DNA of 64,000 nucleotides from Candidatus Babelota bacterium (GCA_965658655.1 CBFHTA010000001.1:8722-72721), one strand, 5' to 3'; positions 29,954 through 39,562 are shown, counted from the first letter of the stretch. Program-made: numbers and translations. The notes: generated by a model not told the origin, from the sequence alone.

Positions 29954-30607
29954 ATGCAAATATTTCCCTCTTTAACCAGTCAAAATCAAGATGAACTTCA
30001 TGATCAAATTCGATTACTTGGCACTTCTTGTGCAGGATTTCATGTCGATATTATGGACGGACAATTTGTACATCAAAAAATGGGGAGTCCCCAGCTCGCA
30101 AATGACATTGTACGTATGACTCGCAAACAATTATGGTTCCACATCATGGCTCAAGATCCTTTAAAAATCATTAAAGAATTAAAACCCCACAAAGGTGATA
30201 TTGTTTCATTCCATGCCTCTTCAAATTATGATTACCACGAGATTATAGAAGAGCTCGAACATAAAAATGTCTTACCTTGTATTGCATTGAATCCATCCAC
30301 TCCAATTACAGTTTTAAATAACGCTATTCATGCTATTGATCATGTCACGATTATGAGTGTAGAACCAGGCAAATCTGGCCAAAAATTTCTACCCGGCACA
30401 CTTGCAAAACTCCAACGGTTAAATGCATTTCGAGCCGCCAATGAATGTAAGCTGACCATTGCTGTTGACGGCGGAGTAAATAAAAAGAACATAGAAAAAT
30501 TAATCGCTTTAGGCGTAAATCAAGTAGCTATAAGTTCGGGTATCTTTGCTCAAGATGATCCACTTGAAGCCTTACAAGAATTAATAAAAATAAGCTCAGC
30601 AATTTAA
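29954..30607 (+). CDS. rpe: Ribulose-phosphate 3-epimerase
   Basis: HVDIMDGQFV, LNPSTP, MSVEPG.SGQKF, VDGGV. Confidence 0.9.
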   Translation: MQIFPSLTSQNQDELHDQIRLLGTSCAGFHVDIMDGQFVHQKMGSPQLANDIVRMTRKQLWFHIMAQDPLKIIKELKPHKGDIVSFHASSNYDYHEIIEELEHKNVLPCIALNPSTPITVLNNAIHAIDHVTIMSVEPGKSGQKFLPGTLAKLQRLNAFRAANECKLTIAVDGGVNKKNIEKLIALGVNQVAISSGIFAQDDPLEALQELIKISSAI

Positions 30608-30682
30608 TTAAAAACTAAACCCTTGTTTTTGAATGACTGAATAAGCTATCATAAAAGTTCTATATAAAAATGAAAGGTTAAA

Positions 30683-32560
30683 ATGAAGAGGTTATTTTTA
30701 TTACTCAGTTTATTAATGGTTACTACAACACAAACAATCCCATTACAAAACAAACCTGTTCCCAAGCCCAAACCATCTGGTCTCTACAAGCTTATTGGTG
30801 CTGCATTAAACAAGTTAATTTTAAAAAAGCAAAATAATGCTGCCACTATGGATGCGCTTGTTCAAAAAAGACAGCGTCCTCCTGTTAAACCCAAACCTTT
30901 CACACCATTAGAAAGAAATTCACGAAACTTAGCTATTTATTTAGACCATGAAGTAAGAACACATTTTGAATATGATTCTGTTTTTAGCAGCTTTATTGAA
31001 GCGTTAAGCTCTCCAGATAACTATGCCATTCTTGTTTCCCCAACTCTCATAACAACGCTTATATCAAAATATAAAGGGCACTATGATCTTAAACAGGCAT
31101 CTATTGATGGCACAGAAGAAGAAGTTCTTCAACAAAAATTAACTGCTGCAGGTAAGGATTTTAAACCAATACAACAATGGTATACAGGAGAAAAAGCATT
31201 GATTGATAAATATCTTCTTGAAAATACTCTAAGATCATGGAAAATAGCGAAAACAGAACATGGCTTTTACGTTCTACTTCCTCAAAGAATTATTAAAATG
31301 CAACATTTCTCTACAGAAAAATTATCAATTTCTCAAAATCTATATGACTTTCTTAATCTTTCTCTACCTTCTACACAAACATCAGACACTAGCACTTTTT
31401 CTGAAGAACATTTTTTAACGGACCTGCAAACATTTCTCTACAGCAAAATAATTTATCGATCGCTTAATGTATTTATCAAAGGACATGGATCTAATGAAGA
31501 AGAATACAAAATTGCCGCAGGCTTATGGCTATCAAGCTTCAAAGCATTGCTACATCTATTGAGTAAAGTAAACACCCATTCTTTTGTATATGAAACATGT
31601 TTTGGAGGAGGAAAGAATACCCAATACACTTTTGACACAGAACTACCCTATATCGTTATAGCTGTAGGAATAACAGATACCGTTACTTGCAAAGAATTTA
31701 CCTCTAATTTAGATCTACCGTTTTATTTTAAAAATATTACTACTGACATTCAAAAAGCTCTTCCTTATTTAATAACTATTCCTCACGATTACACTCAGCA
31801 GGAATTAGCTCTTCATGAATTTAAAATTAGATTACCACACACTACCTGGTTTTCTCTTACGGAAATGAAAACACGATTGCAACCTATTGGAGAAATAAAA
31901 GCTCGTGCAGCCACTTTAAATAAAGAACCCATTGTTCTCCAAGGAAAACCATGCCCACTGTCAACAACAGCACTTCCAGTTCTCAAAGTACCTATAGGGG
32001 AAAAACTTCCTATTTTTATCGGTCTTGTTCCTTCTACAGATATAACATTGTATGCAATTAAAGAACTGATTTTAGAAGACACTGATACTCCTGCAATCTT
32101 TACCGCATTAGATAAGATTTTTCCAGATGACATAAAGTCTAGTTATCCGGACGTGTTTTATATCAAAAAACTTACTTGTAAAAATATAACATGTAAAAAC
32201 GTGGTAATCAGTAATGAAAATTTTAAGTTAAAAACTAGCCAAAAAATTATAAATTTTAATCGAAACATTAATAAAGTCGACGATATTATTGATTCTAAAC
32301 TCTATCAAGAAAACATAAAAAAAGGTGAAGAAAAGTTGAAAGAGCTAGATGAAAAAGCTAAAAAATTTAAAACTCATAAACCACATTCTGAATTTTTAGA
32401 CTTTGCGCAACTTCGGCAAGATTTAATAGAAATGAAACCCGAAGAGTTCACAGAAGACGTTATTCAAGATTTTAAAGAAGAGTTCGACAATAATAATAGT
32501 TTATCTGACGCAGAAAGAATAATTCTAAAAAGCACCCTAGAGGCTCAAAGTTATTTGTAA
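30683..32560 (+). CDS. Exported hypothetical protein, possible clan CD cysteine peptidase
   Basis: Signal peptide, PxxP-rich start, VFIKGHG and FVYETCFGG motifs. Confidence 0.6.
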   Translation: MKRLFLLLSLLMVTTTQTIPLQNKPVPKPKPSGLYKLIGAALNKLILKKQNNAATMDALVQKRQRPPVKPKPFTPLERNSRNLAIYLDHEVRTHFEYDSVFSSFIEALSSPDNYAILVSPTLITTLISKYKGHYDLKQASIDGTEEEVLQQKLTAAGKDFKPIQQWYTGEKALIDKYLLENTLRSWKIAKTEHGFYVLLPQRIIKMQHFSTEKLSISQNLYDFLNLSLPSTQTSDTSTFSEEHFLTDLQTFLYSKIIYRSLNVFIKGHGSNEEEYKIAAGLWLSSFKALLHLLSKVNTHSFVYETCFGGGKNTQYTFDTELPYIVIAVGITDTVTCKEFTSNLDLPFYFKNITTDIQKALPYLITIPHDYTQQELALHEFKIRLPHTTWFSLTEMKTRLQPIGEIKARAATLNKEPIVLQGKPCPLSTTALPVLKVPIGEKLPIFIGLVPSTDITLYAIKELILEDTDTPAIFTALDKIFPDDIKSSYPDVFYIKKLTCKNITCKNVVISNENFKLKTSQKIINFNRNINKVDDIIDSKLYQENIKKGEEKLKELDEKAKKFKTHKPHSEFLDFAQLRQDLIEMKPEEFTEDVIQDFKEEFDNNNSLSDAERIILKSTLEAQSYL

Positions 32561-32561
32561 A

Positions 32562-33008
32562 TTAACAATCGCATCCACATTTTGATGGGCCTTGAGCATC
32601 AAGATAAGCATTCATAAGAACAACATCATCTTTATCTTTTTGACGAAACTCACCATTTAATAACAAGCTCGTTTTAGCGTTGCACAAGAATTCAATCGTA
32701 ATATAACGAACGTCACCTATTACAATTGAATGCTCTAATAAAGATTCAAAAGTCCACTGTTGCTCAACAATAGTCCACACGGTACCAACATCTAATAAAC
32801 CAAAATCGAGCGAAGCTCTATCTTTTCTTTCTTTTTCTTTAAACGTAAACGACGTATTTTTTAAAAGCTGCTTGTATGTTTGCTCAGAAACAATAACTTC
32901 AATAGCATTACTTTTGCGGAGCTCAAGGGCATTTAGAATACCGGAGCCTATAACAATAGCATTATCTAAATTGAGATAGAATTCTGACAAAAGCGCTTTG
33001 ATATTCAT
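32562..33008 (-). CDS. Hypothetical protein, nucleotidyltransferase-like fold
   Basis: IVIGSG.L...R.S..I.V.V and R.KD..D patterns of small Pol-beta-like NTases. Confidence 0.5.
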   Translation of the reverse strand: MNIKALLSEFYLNLDNAIVIGSGILNALELRKSNAIEVIVSEQTYKQLLKNTSFTFKEKERKDRASLDFGLLDVGTVWTIVEQQWTFESLLEHSIVIGDVRYITIEFLCNAKTSLLLNGEFRQKDKDDVVLMNAYLDAQGPSKCGCDC

Positions 33009-33037
33009 AATTATGCTTTAAATGGAGAAGGTAAAGG

Positions 33038-33114
33038 TGGTGCGCCCGATAGGATTCGAACCTATGACCTACAGATTAGAAGTCTGTTGCTCTATCCAAC
33101 TGAGCTACGGGCGC
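33038..33114 (-). tRNA. tRNA-Arg(TCT)
   Basis: GCGCCCGTAGCTCAGTTGGATAGAGC..., anticodon loop CTTCTAA, encoded CCA. Confidence 0.96.
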
Positions 33115-33164
33115 GTCAAGAAGCTTTTAGTATAAGGCAACTCACAAAGCTTTTCAAATTTATA

Positions 33165-34667
33165 TTATTCTGATGGCATAAATAGAGAGCCAAACTCACG
33201 AGCAGCCGTATGAAGTTCTCGCTCCTGATCCTCTGAAATATCTTTAGTTTCCAAAATAGCTTTATAAAGTTTGGGATACACAGATTCCACATAACTAACA
33301 AACTGAGTTACAAACGTGTGAATCTGACTAATCTCAATATCATCAAGAAAATCCCCATCTAAAACAAAAAGCATGAGCGCTTCTTGAATGAAGCTATAGG
33401 TGAGATATTGAGGCTGCTTAAGCACTTCTATAGCTCGCCGACCTTGATTTAATCGACGCTGAGCAGAATCATCAAGCTCAGTACCAAACTGAGAGAAATC
33501 TAACAATTCTCGATACTGTGCCAATTCAAGACCAAGCGTTTTTGCCATCTTTTTAACAGCAGAAGTTTGAGCGGCACCACCAACACGAGAAACAGAAAGA
33601 CCAATATTTATAGCGGGACGTATTCCACTTTTAAACATTTGGTCATCCAAGAAGATCTGACCATCGGTAATAGAGATTAAATTTGTAGGAATATACGCGG
33701 TAATATCGTCTGCCTGAATTTGAATAATAGGCAAAGCAGTTAATGATCCACCATTTTTTATTTTCCCTGCACGTTCAAGTAAACGAGAATGTAAATAAAA
33801 TACATCACCAGGGTAAGCTTCACGACCCGGTGGACGACGAAGAAGCAACGACATTTCACGATACGCAATGGCATGATTACTTAGATCGTCATAAACAATT
33901 AAAGCATCCTTGCCTTGACTTCTATAGTATTCACCAATCGTACACCCAACATATGGTGCAAGATATTGGCACAATACAGAATCAGAAGAATCCGCACTAA
34001 CAATAACAGTATATTCCAGTGCTCCATTTTCTACTAAGAGACGCATGTTACGAGCCAGATTTGCTTGCCGTTGACCAATAGAAACAAAGATACAGATAAC
34101 GTTTTTATCTTTTTGATTCAAAATAGTATCAAGCGCAAGTGCTGTTTTCCCTGTTCCGCGGTTACCAATAATGAGTTCACGCTGACCTTTACCAATAGGC
34201 ACTAACGCATCTACCGCAAGAATTCCTGTTTCAAGCGGTTCATTAATAGGACTTCGTTCAATAACACCTGGAGCAAATGCTTCGATAGGCCAATGGTCTG
34301 TAACGTCAATATCACCTAAACCATCGATTGGTTTTCCTACAGCATTAATAGCACGGCCAAGCAATCCATCACCAACCGGTGCTTTAAATACTTTGCCTGT
34401 ACGCTTGGCAACTTCCATTTCTTTAACGGGAATCGTGTTATATAAAAGAAAGATAGAAACATAGCTTTCTGCAAGATCTAAAACAATCCCTCTATTACCA
34501 CCTTCGAAATCGATCATTTCGTTATATACAGCATTATCAAGACCGTGAACACGACAAATACCATCGCCCACCTGAATAACAATACCAATTTGATCTAGAT
34601 GCGTTTGAGGCGCATCACTCAATGACTGTTCAAAGAGAGATACGAGATCTGCACTTTTAATTTCCAT
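33165..34667 (-). CDS. atpA: F0F1 ATP synthase subunit alpha
   Basis: VGDGI, PIGKGQRELIIG, LLRRPPGREAYPGDVFYLHSRLLERA, SVSRVGG. Confidence 0.98.
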   Translation of the reverse strand: MEIKSADLVSLFEQSLSDAPQTHLDQIGIVIQVGDGICRVHGLDNAVYNEMIDFEGGNRGIVLDLAESYVSIFLLYNTIPVKEMEVAKRTGKVFKAPVGDGLLGRAINAVGKPIDGLGDIDVTDHWPIEAFAPGVIERSPINEPLETGILAVDALVPIGKGQRELIIGNRGTGKTALALDTILNQKDKNVICIFVSIGQRQANLARNMRLLVENGALEYTVIVSADSSDSVLCQYLAPYVGCTIGEYYRSQGKDALIVYDDLSNHAIAYREMSLLLRRPPGREAYPGDVFYLHSRLLERAGKIKNGGSLTALPIIQIQADDITAYIPTNLISITDGQIFLDDQMFKSGIRPAINIGLSVSRVGGAAQTSAVKKMAKTLGLELAQYRELLDFSQFGTELDDSAQRRLNQGRRAIEVLKQPQYLTYSFIQEALMLFVLDGDFLDDIEISQIHTFVTQFVSYVESVYPKLYKAILETKDISEDQERELHTAAREFGSLFMPSE

Positions 34668-34673
34668 AACACC

Positions 34674-35213
34674 TCATCCTAATGATTCTTGAAGAGCTCG
34701 CAAGCGTTTTTTAACTGATTTTTCCCATAATAAAGACGTGCTTTGTAAGCGTATACCGGCAATAAGGCTTGTGTCAACTCGATAAGCACAGTCAATAGCG
34801 CCTTGTACACGTTTATCTAAAAAATGCATAATCTGTTCTTTCTGCTGTACAGAAAGCTCCGATGAACTTGCAACTTTGAAATGTGTAATACGTAATTCTT
34901 TTTCTTTAAAGACAACAATACAGTTAAAAACATCTGACAATAAAGACACCCGCTGACTTTTCATTAATAGAAGAAAAAGTTTCTCACACTCTTTTGGCAA
35001 ATCAAAGCGCTTACATAAATCATTAAATAAACCGCATTTCACTTCTTCCTTAACTAAGGATAACTCCATAAGGAACATTCCGTGTGGACGCTTCTTAAGA
35101 AATACACTGGCCTGCCTGAAGGCATCAAGATCTTGCTCTTTAATTTGCCCCGAAAATACTTGCAGAAAAGCTTCTGCATAACGTCGTGCCAATATAGGCC
35201 TTGCGCGATTCAT
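34674..35213 (-). CDS. atpH: F0F1 ATP synthase subunit delta
   Basis: ARRYAEA, VDTSLIAGI, SVKKRL; lies directly upstream of atpA. Confidence 0.9.
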   Translation of the reverse strand: MNRARPILARRYAEAFLQVFSGQIKEQDLDAFRQASVFLKKRPHGMFLMELSLVKEEVKCGLFNDLCKRFDLPKECEKLFLLLMKSQRVSLLSDVFNCIVVFKEKELRITHFKVASSSELSVQQKEQIMHFLDKRVQGAIDCAYRVDTSLIAGIRLQSTSLLWEKSVKKRLRALQESLG

Positions 35214-35725
35214 GCTGCTTCCTGTTCTAAATTTTTAAGTGCTGACTCTAAAAAATCTTGCTGTTTATCTTTAACAGAAAAGTGTTTCTCTAATTGTTGA
35301 GTTGCATTTTCTATAACCGTTGGAGTGAGTTTTTTAACTAAATACAATTTAGTTAAAGTCTGCTCTTGTCTTTTTACTAGAGCACTAATCGCTCGTATCC
35401 CTTTTAACCGTTTTCTTGCTTCATCTTCTTGAGCTTGCTCAATTGACTCATTCCACATTTTAAGTTTCGATAAAAGTTCTTGAGCATATAATTTTTGTTC
35501 TTCAGTACTCTCTTGAACAGACTGACAGGCTTGTTGCGTTTTTTCTGCAAGCTCCTTAAGAGCTCTTTTTGCATCTTCTTTTTCTTTAATGCCTTGATCT
35601 ATAGTTGGAATCAATTGTGTTTTAATTAAATATACCAATACGGCTGCAACACAAATGAAGTTGGCAAACGAAATAGAAAAAATATAAGAAATAATAAGAT
35701 TAATCATGAGACAACCTTGAAACAA
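35210..35725 (-). CDS. atpF: F0 subunit b-like
   Basis: N-terminal TM (NF...V.L....P) plus long coiled coil, in atp gene order. Confidence 0.75.
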   Translation of the reverse strand: MFQGCLMINLIISYIFSISFANFICVAAVLVYLIKTQLIPTIDQGIKEKEDAKRALKELAEKTQQACQSVQESTEEQKLYAQELLSKLKMWNESIEQAQEDEARKRLKGIRAISALVKRQEQTLTKLYLVKKLTPTVIENATQQLEKHFSVKDKQQDFLESALKNLEQEAA

Positions 35726-36068
35726 TCAAGTCGGTCAAGAGCGCACAATCCTTCTTTTCCTCTGTTTTAGTAATATGAGGAGGCTCGATTCTCTTAAATG
35801 AACGAGCAGAAACAACACTATGCACTATTGACTCTGGAATACGTTTTTTAAATTGCTGCTGATACCAAGACCACTGACGCCCCTGTTCTTTCTGTGCTTT
35901 TTCAAACAACTCTTTTTCTGAAGCTACTCCATTACTAAGCCTTGTAGTAGCTGCTTTCTCGTGTTGAATAGCCGAAACAACTGTACGAAACAAAAACGTA
36001 CGGAGCAACCACCAAGCAAATAAAAAATTGAAAATCTGTACAAAAAACGTTGCATTAAAATAGATCAT
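35700..36068 (-). CDS. F0 subunit b'-like
   Basis: NATFFVQIFNFL...LRTFLF b-subunit N-terminus, between atpE and atpF. Confidence 0.75.
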   Translation of the reverse strand: MIYFNATFFVQIFNFLFAWWLLRTFLFRTVVSAIQHEKAATTRLSNGVASEKELFEKAQKEQGRQWSWYQQQFKKRIPESIVHSVVSARSFKRIEPPHITKTEEKKDCALLTDLIVSRLSHD

Positions 36069-36086
36069 GGTTAACCCACAAATCCA

Positions 36087-36335
36087 TTATACATTATACA
36101 AAATTAACATCAGTCCAATAATAAAAGCATAGATAGCAGAAGTTTCTACCATACCCATTGCAAGCATCATTACAAAACGAATTTTGTTTGCATTCTCAGG
36201 GTACTTTCCCACACTTTCACAAGCTTTTGTCCCTATAAAACCTTGTCCTAAAGCTGGGCCAATACTTCCGACACCCATTGCAATTGCTGCCCCAATAAAC
36301 GCTGCTGCTTTTGCATAATAAATACCTTCAATCAT
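36087..36335 (-). CDS. atpE: F0 subunit c
   Basis: Two TM helices, GPALGQG, KYPE loop, VETSAIY with the essential Glu. Confidence 0.96.
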   Translation of the reverse strand: MIEGIYYAKAAAFIGAAIAMGVGSIGPALGQGFIGTKACESVGKYPENANKIRFVMMLAMGMVETSAIYAFIIGLMLILYNV

Positions 36336-36417
36336 GCGGACCCCTTTCAGAAAATAAAGAGTTTACTATTGCATTTATAGTAACTAGAGCTTTAGTTTAC
36401 TCTATTTTTTTGTTTTT

Positions 36418-37137
36418 TTACAAGGAAAGAGATGAGGAAGTTCCTTGAACACCAACAGATTGAGGGCTTTGTATAAAAGAAACTATTGCTTTGCGATGCT
36501 TTTCCATTTGCTCTTTATCCCCTTCAAACTCCTGATTGCAATCAAGAATGAGTACTGGAACATCATGTAAATAAGCAGCAATTTCATGCTTATCTAACAA
36601 CCATGCCTCGTGTTTTTCATGTAGAGACTTTAAGTAATCTAAAGAAACACCTACTTCTTCTTCGCGTGCTCGTTTAGTTAAGCGTGCATAGCAAACTTCT
36701 GGTTCAGTCTTTAAATAAATAAAACCGGTTGGCTTTGGTGCATAATTCACAATCAACCATTCAAACCACTCTTGATACAACTTCCATTCAAGCGCACTCA
36801 TAGTTCCTAATTCAAAACAATTTTTTGCGAAACAATAACGATCGGAATAAACAGAACGCTCTAAAACCTGTATACCATGTTCGTTTCTTTTTGCTTTTTC
36901 CATCTGCTCAATAATACGTGTAATAAACGCATATGATTGAAAAGTGTACGCCCAACGTGGAGTGTCAGCATAAAATTTTTCTAGAAGATTATCTCCATCA
37001 CCCACATCTTGCCATTTTGTATGAGGTTCATACACAACCTGAACTGGTAACTCTTGCTCTATTAATGATAAAAAAGTTGATTTTCCTGCACCAATATTGC
37101 CTTCTAGAATAAAACTTTTTTGATCATACGAAACCAT
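36418..37137 (-). CDS. Deoxynucleoside kinase
   Basis: EGNIGAGKST, EP...W, RWAYTFQ, ERSVYSDRY, R.REEE lid. Confidence 0.93.
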   Translation of the reverse strand: MVSYDQKSFILEGNIGAGKSTFLSLIEQELPVQVVYEPHTKWQDVGDGDNLLEKFYADTPRWAYTFQSYAFITRIIEQMEKAKRNEHGIQVLERSVYSDRYCFAKNCFELGTMSALEWKLYQEWFEWLIVNYAPKPTGFIYLKTEPEVCYARLTKRAREEEVGVSLDYLKSLHEKHEAWLLDKHEIAAYLHDVPVLILDCNQEFEGDKEQMEKHRKAIVSFIQSPQSVGVQGTSSSLSL

Positions 37138-37246
37138 GGTTATCCCTTTGTGTTAGCATCGTTTTATCTTAGAGCTTAATTAACGTATACTTAAACATCT
37201 GTAAAATTTTTTGAATAAAAGTAGTGTACGTCAAAATGAGAAAATT

Positions 37247-38833
37247 ATGAAGTTTACAAAAAAGTTTTTTTATCTCGTTTGTTTTTTACTTATTCACACT
37301 TGTGTGAATGCACAATTAAGTCTAGAAGAGCAGATCGAAGCAGACCTCTTTGATTTTGATCCATCTATTACAGCAATGGATGTCACTGAACCCACCGTTA
37401 CTCGTGGAACGCCCACAGAAACCGTTGGTATTCTAACTGGTCTAGTAGAAGCTCAAACCATTTTGCAAGAGTCTTTATATTATAGAACAAATCCTATCGC
37501 TCGAAAAAGCGTTGTTGATTTACCTATCTTTCAACAATTCAACAGCTTTAATTACAATGAATCTACCACTTTCAACTGTATTCCTTTTTATAGTCAAACC
37601 TTTAATGAGATATACTACAAAGAGTTCAATGAGCTTAAAGACTATATCGATGTAGAACAAAAACATTTAATTCGAAGAATCGATGACTTCCATTTAACCA
37701 CCTTTAATATTCCACGAGTATTGCAATTGTTTGGTAAAATGAAACTTCAAGAACACCGCATTGGACTACTCTTTAATTGGGAAAAAATACGATCCAATTG
37801 GGCTCTTTCTATTCGTACACCTTTTTACTACGACGAGCATAACTTTTATCTTAATCGTACCCAACGGGATCAAATTACCGAGCTTCTAGGAGAAACAGAT
37901 CCACAATTTGCTTTTGACCATATGGTTGCTGATTTTCTTTCTTTAGGAGACACCAAGCTCTGCTTTGAATATTTAATGAAACAAGATCATCGCTACGACC
38001 TTGCAATTGGTTTACGAGCTACATTACCCACTAAGTTACGCATGAGCAAAGGCCTTGCAGGTGCTTACTTTGATGTTGACAAAGATCCAAAATCGTTAGA
38101 TCTCCACACTGATTTACTGGGAATCCCCGACAATCCTTTAAATGATGCTGGCTACACCACAGCAGAAAAAAATTTGATTGAAAAAAACGCTACAGACTTT
38201 GTGTTAGACGCACTCGATCATCTTTCTACTCTTTTACTAGAACAGGGAAGCCGCAATCATTTTCATGTCGGTGTAGGCCCTCAAATGCATTCTACTATGC
38301 ATTTTAATAGCAAATGTTATTTGACTAATCTTTTGTCTTGCGAGGTCTTTACTCCTGCAAACGAACGTCGTTTCTTCTTGATTAAAAACGATAAAGCTGC
38401 TTTTGATGCTTTTAATTGGGACGACACTGGTGCTGCCATCCCCGAAAAACTTATTTTTTTAAACAAGCAACTTAAAGAAAAGTTCTTTCCACCTGGTTAC
38501 AATGTTTCTGTATTCCCAGGAATATTACTACAAAGCACCTCTGGCTTAGTTTTTGAACGACGAAGAGTTATTTTAACTTTGGGCACCGATTTCTGGTTCC
38601 ATTCAAAAGAAAGTTTTGGGACCATTTACGCCCCAAGCAACATAAAATCACTTCTTGATCTTGAAAAAGCAAAAATGGGTAATCGCTACCAATCATCTCT
38701 ATGGGTAGGCCTTGAACGTAACCTAAAACCTCATTATACCTGGAACTACGGTGCTAAACTAAGTGTTGGAACATGGAGCAGCGGAATTGGTTCGAGTACC
38801 AGTTTTGCTTTCTATATAGAAAAACTATTTTAA
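37247..38833 (+). CDS. Hypothetical exported protein, probable outer-membrane beta-barrel
   Basis: ATG 37247 signal ending VNA; strand-like segments; terminal FAFYIEKLF resembles a beta-signal. Confidence 0.6.
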   Translation: MKFTKKFFYLVCFLLIHTCVNAQLSLEEQIEADLFDFDPSITAMDVTEPTVTRGTPTETVGILTGLVEAQTILQESLYYRTNPIARKSVVDLPIFQQFNSFNYNESTTFNCIPFYSQTFNEIYYKEFNELKDYIDVEQKHLIRRIDDFHLTTFNIPRVLQLFGKMKLQEHRIGLLFNWEKIRSNWALSIRTPFYYDEHNFYLNRTQRDQITELLGETDPQFAFDHMVADFLSLGDTKLCFEYLMKQDHRYDLAIGLRATLPTKLRMSKGLAGAYFDVDKDPKSLDLHTDLLGIPDNPLNDAGYTTAEKNLIEKNATDFVLDALDHLSTLLLEQGSRNHFHVGVGPQMHSTMHFNSKCYLTNLLSCEVFTPANERRFFLIKNDKAAFDAFNWDDTGAAIPEKLIFLNKQLKEKFFPPGYNVSVFPGILLQSTSGLVFERRRVILTLGTDFWFHSKESFGTIYAPSNIKSLLDLEKAKMGNRYQSSLWVGLERNLKPHYTWNYGAKLSVGTWSSGIGSSTSFAFYIEKLF

Positions 38834-38852
38834 TCTTTAAAAAGGGATTACT

Positions 38853-39497
38853 ATGAACAAGAAAATTTTTCTTTCAATTATACTTTTAACCTCATTTGCC
38901 CCTAAGCTATTTCCATCTACTATGGTTAAAATCGAAGACCCAATTTTACAATTGGTAGACGGCATTCCAGGAGCTATGGATGCCGTCGCTTTAAAAAAAT
39001 GTTTTGATACTTGGAAGGTCATCGACACTATTCAATATAAAAAAACCTATGATTTAGACGGCAAGCAAGTAACACTCCGAGACTTAGTTGTTCTAGAAAT
39101 GAAATATAAAAAAGAGAACGTTGCTGCAGATACGCCTGAGTACAAAGCACTAGAGAAAACATTAAAAGTAGTAAAAGTAGAATTCTCTAAAGCAACCCAA
39201 CCACTTTTAAAAGATGTAGAGAATGATCCTGTACAAAAAGAAAACAATCAAAAACTGGTTGCGCTCTACACAAAGATCACCAAACTTGTAAACTCACTTT
39301 TAAGTTCTTGGGGAAAAGCTGATGAAACCGAGCTATTAGCTGCTTCTGATACAAAAGAATTCTTTATTTTCCTTAACCATCTCAAGGGATTTTTAAGAAG
39401 TTTAATGTACAGCTGTGTTAAAGCTCGCACTCTGTTTAAAAAAGAATGTCTCAAAAAAGAAGATCACGCAGCATTTGATAAGTTTTTTACCAATTAA
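38853..39497 (+). CDS. Hypothetical exported helical protein
   Basis: MNKKIFLSIILLTSFAP signal; 19 bp after the previous gene. Confidence 0.7.
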   Translation: MNKKIFLSIILLTSFAPKLFPSTMVKIEDPILQLVDGIPGAMDAVALKKCFDTWKVIDTIQYKKTYDLDGKQVTLRDLVVLEMKYKKENVAADTPEYKALEKTLKVVKVEFSKATQPLLKDVENDPVQKENNQKLVALYTKITKLVNSLLSSWGKADETELLAASDTKEFFIFLNHLKGFLRSLMYSCVKARTLFKKECLKKEDHAAFDKFFTN

Positions 39498-39515
39498 AGA
39501 TTAATATTAAGCAAT

Positions 39516-39544
39516 AAAAAAGGCCTCGCAATTGAGGCCTTTTT
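39516..39544. terminator. Bidirectional intrinsic terminator
   Basis: AAAAAAGGCCTC-GCAATT-GAGGCCTTTTT. Confidence 0.85.
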
Positions 39545-39562
39545 ATTTATATAAGAATATTC

